Assembly (NCBI GenBank): GCA_038321985.1
Contig: JBBQFN010000038.1
Location: 1 to 46,707, forward strand
Reading direction: 5' to 3'
DNA from: Cyanophyceae cyanobacterium
GTDB taxonomy: Bacteria > Cyanobacteriota > Cyanobacteriia > Cyanobacteriales > Laspinemataceae
DNA: 46,707 nucleotides
The notes beneath the pieces are model-generated. The model worked only from the letters and a program-made list of their open reading frames with translations, made no database searches and was not told the DNA's origin. The translations under genes were made by a program, and so were the position numbers. The first letter of the stretch is position 1. Every line of letters begins with the position of its first letter. Of the stretch, positions 19,576 to 29,005 are shown in pieces.

Positions 19576-22500
19576 TTACTCTTTCACCTCTAAGCTAGAG
19601 GAGGCCGATCGCCCGAACTCTTCTGGTGCATATTGGAGATGAACATGGGCACCGGGCCATTCGTAAATACCAGGGGTGACTGATCGCACTAAATAATGGA
19701 GGGTGTAAACTCCTGGTTGCAGGCGATCGGCATAGGCGACGATGCGATCGCTATAGAGGTGTTGATAGCCAATTTCCCAGCTACTTTGGGCCGATTTTAC
19801 TGCGGAAGTCGAGGTCTGGAAACTGCTATCAACGGCTTCAAATCCTGCCGGTAGGGAGTCTGTAATCACCACATGATCGACTGGCCGATCGCTGATGATT
19901 TCTAACCCAATATCAAACACTTGTCCGGCAGCAACCTCTAGGGTTTTCTCCGGTTTTGCTAACCCAAATTGCGCGATCGCCTGGTTGCTTCCGGCTGGAC
20001 TGATTTTCCGTTCGACTCGCAATCCGTTATACCGTCCCGGTTGATTTCCCGGTAACCGATATCCGTATTCTACCAAGTAGTGCAATGTACCATTCCCGGT
20101 TTTATTCAGGGTGAGGTTACTTTGTCCTTTGGGGACGCTATCCATTGCGACTTGGATAAATCGTCGGGAATTGTCATACCCTTGGAACTGCATCGAGTCT
20201 AGGGTATTGCCGCCTAGGGTGGCGGTGGCGGTGAAGTTGGGGGGAGTGGGTTGGGTATTGCTATAGGCGACTAAGGCGGCAAGTGCTTCGGCGTTAGCGT
20301 AGCGATTTTCCCAGGTTCCCTGACGGCGTTGGTTGAGTAACCCTTGCAGGAGGCGATCTCGGACTGTTGGGTTTGCGGAACGGGCGATCGCCAAGCGGAG
20401 GGTTTGTGCTTGTGCGGTGGTGGGGGAACTTAACCATCCCCATCCTTGAGGCAGGTTGACGGTGGCCGACTGCGCGGTTTCGGCGACGGTTTCAAAGCGT
20501 TGATTCGAGAGGGATTGCGCCTCGGTTTGCCAGTCTGGGAATTGTCCTAAATATCGCGCCAGTTTGGTTTGTGCGACGGCATCTAAGTCATTGCGTTGTG
20601 CGTATATATCCGCGAGGAAGTCGTTGCGCCGTTCTCCCAGTTCTGAGAGGGCCATTAATGCGCCGAGACGGACGCGGTTTTTACAGGATTGACTGGTGCA
20701 ATAGGAATATTGTCCGGGGTCCGCGAGGGTTTTTTGTAAGTATCCGCGCAGACGTGAGACCATTCCCTCATCCACTGCAAATCCTGCGGTTTTCCCTTGG
20801 GATAAACTTTCAGCAGCATAGGCGGTGAGGAAGGGGTCGGATTGGGTTTGTCCGGGATAGGCAGCAAATCCACCATCGGGGAGTTGCAGTTTTTGGAGGC
20901 GATCGAGGGCGAGGTTTGCTTGTTGGGTTGGGTTAAATTCTCCTAATGCTTGTCGGTACTTTTGTCCGAGAATTTGCAGGTTAGCAGCCACGGACAATTG
21001 TGAGGCCGCCGGTTCTAAAAAGGGTAAGCTATCCTCGTCCAATATATCTCGCGCTGATGCTGTAATTTCCGGGATTAAAGTTGATGCTAGGTCAATTTGT
21101 AATCCTCCGACATTGGGTAGCACGTTGTTGTCAATATTCAGGGGAATATTCACTTGATTTTCGGTGGTTCCGGTATCTACTACCGTCTCACTGACCGTGA
21201 GTTGTCGGACAGACAAGGGAACCTCAAAGGCATCTGCCTCCCGGTTTAGTTTACTGACAAAGCGCACCGTTCCTTCGCCGGTGGTGGCAGCTTGCATGGG
21301 GAATCGATAGGCGCGGGTTCCCGATGCTGCCTGGGTTTGCAAGGTTTGGATGCTGGCGGTTTTGTCTGCAAAATAGAGGTTCTCACTCACGGACCCTTGG
21401 ACTTGTAATTGGCCTTTTTCGACCGTGGTATTGGTGATGGCAAGGCCGCCGGAGAAGCGATCGCCCGGTCGCACAAATTGCGGTAGTAGTGGAGTTGCCA
21501 TCAGGGGTTTACTGGAGATAAAGGTATTTTCTCCATTCCCAAAGCGCATATCCGTGGTGGTGGCAACCGCCATGACTCGCCAGGTGGTTAAATCATCGGG
21601 CAGTTTAAAGCTAATGGTGGCACGTCCGTTGCGATCGCTCATCACGGACCCGTTATAATAGGCTAACGGTTTAAACTCGGTGCGAATTCGTGTACTGCCA
21701 GAACCTGCCGAGAATCCTCCCCCATATCCCCAGCCTTTTTGCAAGGGAGAACTCAGGGGAGATAGCACAACGTTGAAGCGGTTATCACTCCAGCGTGTGG
21801 AGATCGGTTGTTCTGCATATACCGTTTCGATTAAGTTAGGCGGGCGATATCCGGTGAGTTGTAGGACAGCCTCATTCACGACCATTACCGTTAATTGCCC
21901 TTGGACGGGCCGGTTTTGGCTGTCCGTGACTTGCAATTGCACCGTTTCCTGAGTGCCCGGTTGCACGGTACTTTGTGCGGGGGTGACTTGGACAGTGAGA
22001 TATTTCTCCCCTAAATCGGTTTTAAAGGGGGCAAAGCCGATTTTGACCAAATCTTCCACATTGGCTGGTTCTACTTGGTCTAAGGCCGGTCCTTGGCGGA
22101 TGAGAACTGCTTCCACTGCGGCATTGGGGAGCATTTCTGGGGTGACTTTAAATTGAATTTGCGGGGCACCGCCACTCACTTTGGTGATGGTTTGATACAA
22201 GGGTTGGTCTCGGACTACGGCGAAGTAGAGTTCGGCTTCGGGGTAGGGAGACTGGATTAAGGCGGTGGCAATGTCACCGGGTTGGTAGGTGTCTTTGTCG
22301 AGTTTGACTTCTAGGAAGTTCTCGCGATCGCTACGTCGTCCCCAACTCACTCCCCGGGTTCCGGTGGCCCAAATTTGCACATCGGTGGCGGTGGCGTCGG
22401 TTTTGGCATTGGCAAGGTTGACCCGAATCCGATAAGAGCCCGCTTCGGGAGGAGTGAGAGAGACGGTTTTGGGGATAGTTCCGGTTTTGACGGTTTCCGT

Positions 22501-25317
22501 GGCGACGGTTTGATATTCCACCTGATAGCGGGGTGTGCGACTGCCTTCGACTACCTGGGTAACGCTGCTGTAATCCATTTTTTGCAGTTCCACCCGCAGG
22601 GTTTGTCCGGTGACAGCAGTTCCGGTGGGGTCGGTGACGATCGCCTCAATGGAAAAGGGTTTCCCGGCATCGGCGACAAAGTTGGTTTTGATGCCAATCA
22701 GTTTGTCGCTAGGTAAGGCGGTTAAGGTTTGAGAATTGGCGACGGAGAGATTAGAAATATCCGTGACTTCTGCATCAATCCGATAAGTCAGGGGATAGGG
22801 TAAATCCCGGTCAATGGTAAAGGTTAAGGTATGGGAACCGCTGTTATCTAAGGCGGCAGTTTGTTGTAAGACTTCACTGGGAATTTCGGGTTGTTCTTCG
22901 GGCCAAAACCATTGGCGGCCAAAGCTGAATTCTTGCCAACCGGGAGGGGTGAATTCTACAGGCGATCGCGTGACATAATATTTGGCATTACCTCCGGCAA
23001 CGGGGGAACCGAATAGATAATTACTCTCGGCGTTGGCTTGGATTTTTTCGTTACTGAGGGCGTATTTTTTATCCAGGTTCAGTTGGACTTGGAAGTTGGG
23101 CGGTTTAAAATCAGCAATCCGGAATTCACCAGAAACTTCTACATCGTTGTTGGATTTGGCGACAATTGAATAGTATCCCAAGGGCAGACTTTCACTCAGG
23201 GGAACTGCTAAGGAAAAGGTTCCAAATTCATTGGTGCTTTCCGTTCCCAGGGCGGTTTCGTTGCCTTCGGGGTCGCGCAAGGTGACGGTATAAGCGGCAT
23301 TTTTATGCTGGATTAATTCGCCATTTTCTAGATAGTAAGCGATGGCGGTGAACTCAGCAGTTTCTCCAGGTTTATAGAGTTGGCGATCGCTAAAAATTGT
23401 CCCGCGCGAGAGGGGTTTTCCAGCATTCCATCCGCCATCTACGCCATATCCATAAGCCCCGCTATATTGCCAAATTCGGGTAAAGGCCCAATCTTGGTTT
23501 TCTCGGGCGACTGCGAGTAATTCCGGGGCGTCTTCTGCACTCTGACGGCAGCCTTGCACCTGCTGGGAATTTAAGACTAAAAGTCCGGTGGCATTGGTGG
23601 TTCCGGTTGCACAGGGTGTGGGTTGCGATCGCGACGTGGCATCGGTTTTGGACTGGTAAATTTCCACCGCTACACCTTCAACCGCCGATCCATTGGAAAG
23701 ATGATTAACTTTAATTAATCCTGTATCCGGAAACCATTGGGCAAATACCCCTAAATTAGTTAATTGAACTAACCCATAATAGGTCGGTTCATTCCATTTT
23801 TGCTGTCCATTTTCTTGATAAGAATGGGTGCGTCCTTGGATGCCATAAGCTAACATTCCCGTTGTACTGCCTAAACGTTCTCTTAAGGGAATTGCCCCCG
23901 TAGCCGTTTGATTTTTAGGGGGAGACGCAATTGAAAAACTTTGCCAACTACTGGGATTAGACAACAAATCCGTCCCGTTCCCTCGGGGATAAGCGGAATC
24001 CGTAAAGACTAAATCTGTCGGTTGCACCACTTGATACGCTGCTTTATAGGTAGAATTGGGAAGATTAACCGCCGAAATTGTCAATTCCAAGTCTTTACCT
24101 GTTGGAAAAATATTTAAGTCCGACGGTGCCCAAATTTCTGGCGCTAAATCTCCAGTTTGGTAATTTAAGGTGACGGGTTTTCCTAAATTTTGACCGTATT
24201 TATCTTGGACATCTGCCCCAATATTAATAGTATATTGAGTATCCGGTTCTAATGCCCAAGGATTGATATTGACAATATTAGAATCATCATAAGCCTGAAC
24301 TAGCTTAGGTTCGGACTTAGGAGGTGGAGTAATGGTAATTTGATTTTCAACCGATTCCGGGTCAATCCAGTTATTAAATTTTAACTGGGGTGCGCCCTTC
24401 AAGAAGCGACCATAAGCCACTCCCATATCCGGTTGCCCGAAAAATTCCATTGCTTGAAATTGCAGGGATTCGTAAGTTTTAACCTCACTGCTAAATGGGC
24501 GATCGCTGACTAGATTTCCCTGCGCAGGTTCCAACCCCGGAGAAAATTCTACCCGGTAAGCTGTGCCTTTTTCCAAATTACGTTTGGGAATAATTTGATA
24601 GTTCCAAGTGCGCACAGAAGGGTCAAATTCTAAGGCTGAACTGGCAGTCAGGGAGTCCCCTGATGCCAGGGAATTCACTTGGAGAGAAACCCCCTCTGTT
24701 TTGCCCACCGGAATCAATTTAACGTGCTGCTTGAGGGAATTTAGATTCAGGGGTACATTAGAAGTAAATTCTAAGGGCTCTTTAAGATCAATCCATTGCG
24801 GTTCAGCATATTCATGGGGAGGGTTACTCGTGGGTAAATTTGTTAATTTTAGGGTTTCAGTGTTGAAAGTCCAGGCTACATCTTGGGACAATTGATGATT
24901 GTTTAAATCAGCTAAACCCGCCTTTAAAGTAATTTGAATCCGAGTCGCTTTTGGGAGAGCTTCCTTGGGTTGAAATCCCACCATACGGGGAGTCAAAAAC
25001 CGGAACTCCCCAGGGAGTTCCGGGATAATTTGAAATTGGCTTAATTTAGCTACTTGTTCCGGTGAATCCAGACTTTCTATCGGAATAAGGGGGTCTTTAA
25101 ACCGGATACGAATTTGGGCCAACGGTTCGGCTTCTCCGGTAGGGGAAATTTCTTCGATCCAGTTGGGGAGTGGGGGGGTAGCTAGAGGTGCTACTGCCGG
25201 AAGTTGTTTAACGGTTGAAGTGGGTTCAAAGAAATTACAGGCTGCTATGGTAAATGAGAGAAGCAAACCTAAAATAAACCACGTCCAAGTTTTACGGATT
25301 AGACGCATTTTTATCAC
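19576..25317 (-). CDS. Bacterial alpha-2-macroglobulin family lipoprotein
   Basis: Lipobox IAAC; FSDRQLYKPGE, FKPPNF, LPDDLTTWRVMAVA, DSLPAGFEAVD, YAPEEFGRS motifs. Confidence 0.93.
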   Translation of the reverse strand: MIKMRLIRKTWTWFILGLLLSFTIAACNFFEPTSTVKQLPAVAPLATPPLPNWIEEISPTGEAEPLAQIRIRFKDPLIPIESLDSPEQVAKLSQFQIIPELPGEFRFLTPRMVGFQPKEALPKATRIQITLKAGLADLNNHQLSQDVAWTFNTETLKLTNLPTSNPPHEYAEPQWIDLKEPLEFTSNVPLNLNSLKQHVKLIPVGKTEGVSLQVNSLASGDSLTASSALEFDPSVRTWNYQIIPKRNLEKGTAYRVEFSPGLEPAQGNLVSDRPFSSEVKTYESLQFQAMEFFGQPDMGVAYGRFLKGAPQLKFNNWIDPESVENQITITPPPKSEPKLVQAYDDSNIVNINPWALEPDTQYTINIGADVQDKYGQNLGKPVTLNYQTGDLAPEIWAPSDLNIFPTGKDLELTISAVNLPNSTYKAAYQVVQPTDLVFTDSAYPRGNGTDLLSNPSSWQSFSIASPPKNQTATGAIPLRERLGSTTGMLAYGIQGRTHSYQENGQQKWNEPTYYGLVQLTNLGVFAQWFPDTGLIKVNHLSNGSAVEGVAVEIYQSKTDATSRSQPTPCATGTTNATGLLVLNSQQVQGCRQSAEDAPELLAVARENQDWAFTRIWQYSGAYGYGVDGGWNAGKPLSRGTIFSDRQLYKPGETAEFTAIAYYLENGELIQHKNAAYTVTLRDPEGNETALGTESTNEFGTFSLAVPLSESLPLGYYSIVAKSNNDVEVSGEFRIADFKPPNFQVQLNLDKKYALSNEKIQANAESNYLFGSPVAGGNAKYYVTRSPVEFTPPGWQEFSFGRQWFWPEEQPEIPSEVLQQTAALDNSGSHTLTFTIDRDLPYPLTYRIDAEVTDISNLSVANSQTLTALPSDKLIGIKTNFVADAGKPFSIEAIVTDPTGTAVTGQTLRVELQKMDYSSVTQVVEGSRTPRYQVEYQTVATETVKTGTIPKTVSLTPPEAGSYRIRVNLANAKTDATATDVQIWATGTRGVSWGRRSDRENFLEVKLDKDTYQPGDIATALIQSPYPEAELYFAVVRDQPLYQTITKVSGGAPQIQFKVTPEMLPNAAVEAVLIRQGPALDQVEPANVEDLVKIGFAPFKTDLGEKYLTVQVTPAQSTVQPGTQETVQLQVTDSQNRPVQGQLTVMVVNEAVLQLTGYRPPNLIETVYAEQPISTRWSDNRFNVVLSPLSSPLQKGWGYGGGFSAGSGSTRIRTEFKPLAYYNGSVMSDRNGRATISFKLPDDLTTWRVMAVATTTDMRFGNGENTFISSKPLMATPLLPQFVRPGDRFSGGLAITNTTVEKGQLQVQGSVSENLYFADKTASIQTLQTQAASGTRAYRFPMQAATTGEGTVRFVSKLNREADAFEVPLSVRQLTVSETVVDTGTTENQVNIPLNIDNNVLPNVGGLQIDLASTLIPEITASARDILDEDSLPFLEPAASQLSVAANLQILGQKYRQALGEFNPTQQANLALDRLQKLQLPDGGFAAYPGQTQSDPFLTAYAAESLSQGKTAGFAVDEGMVSRLRGYLQKTLADPGQYSYCTSQSCKNRVRLGALMALSELGERRNDFLADIYAQRNDLDAVAQTKLARYLGQFPDWQTEAQSLSNQRFETVAETAQSATVNLPQGWGWLSSPTTAQAQTLRLAIARSANPTVRDRLLQGLLNQRRQGTWENRYANAEALAALVAYSNTQPTPPNFTATATLGGNTLDSMQFQGYDNSRRFIQVAMDSVPKGQSNLTLNKTGNGTLHYLVEYGYRLPGNQPGRYNGLRVERKISPAGSNQAIAQFGLAKPEKTLEVAAGQVFDIGLEIISDRPVDHVVITDSLPAGFEAVDSSFQTSTSAVKSAQSSWEIGYQHLYSDRIVAYADRLQPGVYTLHYLVRSVTPGIYEWPGAHVHLQYAPEEFGRSASSSLEVKE

Positions 25318-25530
25318 CTAAAAGAATAAGGATATGAACAGAGATTCTAGTGTTCTGTCCCCCGATGGAAGGCAGATAGGGGAATGTTTTTACCGAGTTA
25401 ATCGGGAGGGTGGGTCATGCTTCCCCTAGGGTCTATCTGCTATTAAAACTCAGAATTTGAAGGAGGTCGAGAATTTGTTGATTTTCTTAATCAAAGCAGA
25501 ACCGGCAGGATAGGAAAGAGAAAAAACGAG

Positions 25531-25567
25531 AAAAAACCGGGTTGGTGCGATCGCCCCAACCCGGTTT
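25531..25567 (-). terminator. Intrinsic terminator-like hairpin after mrdA
   Basis: AAACCGGGTTGG-loop (containing HIP1)-CCAACCCGGTTT, followed by a T tract on the minus strand. Confidence 0.65.
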
Positions 25568-25602
25568 GACAGGAAAAACCCTGTTTCCTCCTCAACGAGG
25601 GA

Positions 25603-27375
25603 TTACTTCTTTTTAAAGTAAGTTCGGTAGACTTCTAGGGCGACGGGTGCAGCAGCAACCCCGCCATAGCCTCCATTTTCCACCACAACGGCGATGGAAA
25701 TCTCTGGATTCACTGCTGGTGCAAATCCGACAAACAAGGCGTGAGAAGGCTGTCCCAACACTTCTGAGGTGCCGGTTTTGCCCCCACTTAAAGGAACCGT
25801 GCCATCATTTAAAACTCGGCCTGTCCCTTTTTGAACCACGGCAACCATTCCCTCTTTAATCACGGCGATCGCCTCGGGAGACAGTCCGACAGGTTCCGGT
25901 GCAGTCAGAGGAGTGTTACTTTGAGAGGCGAGAAAATGAGGTTTGACTCGGTTCCCGCCATTGGCAAATGCTGCGGACATAACGGCAAGTTCCAAGGGGG
26001 TGCATAAGACCATACCTTGACCAATTCCCATCGTCACACTATCCCCGGCATACCAGGGTTCGTTGTACATCCGTAGTTTTTCTTCCGGGGTGGGAATCGA
26101 CCCATGAGTGCCGCCATCGAGACCTAATAAATCTAAACTCGTAGATTCGCCAATCCCCAGTTTGCTCCCCCACGCGGCGATCGCCTCGGGTCCGACTTCC
26201 ATACCCACTTGGTAGAAAAATGTGTTGCTACTGTAGGCTAGAGCATCCGGGAACCCAATCACCCCATATCCTCCACTATGTTCGTGAAAGGCAATCCCCC
26301 CGACTGTAATGTAGGCCGAAGTCCCTAAATAAGAATCAGGTTGATATTTCCCTGACCCCATCCCCGCTGCTGCGGTGACCATTTTGAAGGTACTCCCTGG
26401 GGGATACCCTTGCAAGGCGCGATTCAGGAAGGGATTTTCTAACTCTTGGAGACGTTGCCATTCCGCCGCCTTAACGTTACGGGTGAAGATATTCGGATCA
26501 AAACTGGGTCCACTCGCCATTGCTAAGACCCCTCCGGTTTTGACATCCAGGACCACCACCGCACCCCGGCGGTATCCCAGTGCACGTTCGGCAGCTTTCT
26601 GGACTTCCGCATCGAGGGTTAACGGAAGTGGCTCCCCATTAATGGCCGACCGCACCCCGAGTTCCCGAATTTCCTCCCCATTGGCATTCACCTCAACCAG
26701 ACGGTTGCCCCAAACGCCAGTTAATTGAGGGTTGACGCTCTTTTCGATCCCCATTTTGCCGATGATAATGCCCATGGGATAATCTGAGTTTGCCATCAGA
26801 TCTTCCTGGGTCGCTTCGCCAATATAGCCGAGGACATGAGAGGCGATGCTACCGTGAGGATAGAATCGACTTGATTCCGCCCGAACTTCAATCCCCGGCA
26901 GATCCGCCATTTCTTCAGCTAGGGCCACGTACGCTTCGGGATCGATACTTTGGGCAATCCGGATGGGCATCCCCGAGGTATATCCCGTTTCTTTGATTTT
27001 CTTGATGATGGTCTCTGGAGTGGTATTGATAACCCCACTCAGCCGTTTAGCCGTTTCTTCCCATTGCTGCGGATTCTGTTCCCGGGGCCACAAATAAACC
27101 GCTCGTGCCAGCCGACTAGCAGCTAAGAGTTGGCCTTTGCGGTCGACCAAATTACCCCGCGCTGCTGGAATTGGAATCAAGCGAATCCGGTTGTCTTCCG
27201 CTCGCTGTCGGTACTCCTCACCTTCTATGATCTGCAACTGTGCCAGACGCACGCCGCACACGCTCATCAGTAAGGTGACAATGCTCATGAGGACCACGGA
27301 TCGCAACGGCGATCGCTTCTTGTCTGTCGTATTTAAGCTGACTTTAGAGAAAAAACTCGTCTGTCCGGTAACCAT
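25603..27375 (-). CDS. mrdA: Penicillin-binding protein 2 (class B)
   Basis: N-terminal TM, RGNLVDRKG, SxxK (GSTFK), SxN (SSN), KTG motifs. Confidence 0.93.
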   Translation of the reverse strand: MVTGQTSFFSKVSLNTTDKKRSPLRSVVLMSIVTLLMSVCGVRLAQLQIIEGEEYRQRAEDNRIRLIPIPAARGNLVDRKGQLLAASRLARAVYLWPREQNPQQWEETAKRLSGVINTTPETIIKKIKETGYTSGMPIRIAQSIDPEAYVALAEEMADLPGIEVRAESSRFYPHGSIASHVLGYIGEATQEDLMANSDYPMGIIIGKMGIEKSVNPQLTGVWGNRLVEVNANGEEIRELGVRSAINGEPLPLTLDAEVQKAAERALGYRRGAVVVLDVKTGGVLAMASGPSFDPNIFTRNVKAAEWQRLQELENPFLNRALQGYPPGSTFKMVTAAAGMGSGKYQPDSYLGTSAYITVGGIAFHEHSGGYGVIGFPDALAYSSNTFFYQVGMEVGPEAIAAWGSKLGIGESTSLDLLGLDGGTHGSIPTPEEKLRMYNEPWYAGDSVTMGIGQGMVLCTPLELAVMSAAFANGGNRVKPHFLASQSNTPLTAPEPVGLSPEAIAVIKEGMVAVVQKGTGRVLNDGTVPLSGGKTGTSEVLGQPSHALFVGFAPAVNPEISIAVVVENGGYGGVAAAPVALEVYRTYFKKK

Positions 27376-27784
27376 CTTTATCCCATCCCGTAGGACTTCA
27401 CTTACACTATTGCATTAACGGGTCCCCAGACCCACCGACTGAAGCCGCTATTTTTGCTACACTCCCTCTAGCTGCTCGATCACTCCGGAAGATTCTATCA
27501 AAATCCGGGGGATTTCGTCAGCCAGTCTCCCGGATTTTTAGGGGAGATTTAGAGTATGCAACCTTCGGCTCCTGATTATTTTTTATTTCCACAAAGTTAT
27601 ATCATTTTTGAAAGCAATTGCACTGGTGTTGACTCCTACTTCCAGTCAAGTTAGGTTTCAAGCCGGTTGCGGTGTTTCTCCCCCCTTTATGCTAAATCTT
27701 AACGCAATTCGCTACTCTGGTAAAGATAGTTGACCCTCTCATCAATCTCATTTTTCGTAGATACTCGTTTTTTAGAACAAAATC

Positions 27785-28645
27785 ATGAAAACACCGAAAA
27801 TTATCGCCGATTATCACTGTCACAATGCCGAGGTTCCCACCTGGCATCCCATGGAAAAACGCCTGTATTGGAGTGATATTCCCACGGGTCGGGTTTTCCG
27901 CTACGACCCAACAACGACCTCTCATGAACAGATTTATGAGGGGGAGTCCGTGGGGGCGATCGCCGTTCATGAGGACGGTTCCTTGCTGTTTTTTATGGCA
28001 AGAGGGGCGATCGCCCGGTGGCAAGACAGCACCCTCACCCCCATCATCCCCGAAATTCCTGCCGAACGAGACACGCGCTTTAACGACTGTATCGTTGACC
28101 CAGCCGGACGAGTCTTTAGCGGCACCATGCAAAAAGGCGATCGCCTCGGTTCCCTCTATCGCCTCAACACCGACGGCACCCTCACCCAAGTGCTAGAAGG
28201 TTTAGAAATTCCTAACGGCATGGGATTTACCCTGGACCGGAAACATCTCTATCTCACCGACTCCCCCAAACGTGAGATTTATCGTTTCGACTACGATGTA
28301 TCAACCGGGGACATCAGTAATCGTCAAATCTTCATCACTACCCCAAAAGGGGAAGGCGTTCCCGACGGCATGACCGTTGATGCCGAAGGATATCTCTGGT
28401 CAGCCCGTTGGGACGGTCACCACCTCTTCCGCTACAGCCCTGACGGTACCGAAGTCTTACGCATTCCCTTCCCTCCGAAAAAAGTATCCGCTCTCACATT
28501 CGGTGGAGAAGATTATACCGACATTTATGCAACTACCGCAGGAGGAGACAAGCGCCCAGAAGAAGGAGAAGGTGCCGGCGCAGTATTTCACCTCAATTTA
28601 GGGATTCGAGGGGTACCCGAATTTTTAGCAAAAACCCAGGTGTAA
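27785..28645 (+). CDS. SMP-30/gluconolactonase/LRE family protein
   Basis: RFNDCIVDPAGR, IPNGMGF, PDGMTVDAEGYLWSA motifs. Confidence 0.92.
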   Translation: MKTPKIIADYHCHNAEVPTWHPMEKRLYWSDIPTGRVFRYDPTTTSHEQIYEGESVGAIAVHEDGSLLFFMARGAIARWQDSTLTPIIPEIPAERDTRFNDCIVDPAGRVFSGTMQKGDRLGSLYRLNTDGTLTQVLEGLEIPNGMGFTLDRKHLYLTDSPKREIYRFDYDVSTGDISNRQIFITTPKGEGVPDGMTVDAEGYLWSARWDGHHLFRYSPDGTEVLRIPFPPKKVSALTFGGEDYTDIYATTAGGDKRPEEGEGAGAVFHLNLGIRGVPEFLAKTQV

Positions 28646-28660
28646 TTTAGTAAAAAAGTC

Positions 28661-28684
28661 AGCGAGCAAGATGCTCGCACTCCC
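28661..28684. repeat. Dispersed palindromic repeat (same family as 7791-7817)
   Basis: AGCGAGCAAGATGCTCGCACTCCC. Confidence 0.65.
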
Positions 28685-28752
28685 AGAATAAAAAAGGTTA
28701 TTCCCGCTTTTGTTCGTAGTAGCGACTTCAATGGTTCGCTCTTTTATTCGTA

Positions 28753-28955
28753 GATAACCGGCGGGGTTTCAAAACCCCGCCTAATAGCTAAAGTCGGTTA
28801 AAACCGACTGGAGGAATGATTTTTCAGGGGTTTGTTTGGCTGGTGGTATGGGGAATCAGGGTTTCTACAAATTTGCGGAAACCTGTTGACAAGACTTTAG
28901 ATTTTTGGTAGATTGTTATCATGGGAAAAAGTGCGGCCAAAAAAAAGCATCTTCA
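28753..28955 (+). repeat. Left copy of a ~200-bp inverted repeat (double-hairpin REP + promoter)
   Basis: Reverse-complement match to 32729-32936. The 28851-28955 core is 95/105 identical by manual alignment. Confidence 0.92.
28886..28914 (+). promoter_or_regulatory. sigma70-type promoter TTGACA-N17-TAGATT upstream of the STAND-TPR gene
   Basis: Consensus -35, 17-bp spacer and -10, conserved in both inverted copies while the spacer diverges. Confidence 0.75.
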
Positions 28956-29005
28956 CCCTCAGATTTAGAATAGACTAAAACAATCTACCTAAAACCCCAT
29001 CAACA

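Noticed and set aside
28851..28955. Promoter cassette as a CRISPR leader or rRNA/tRNA promoter
   Set aside because: No repeat-spacer array or stable RNA gene follows either copy.
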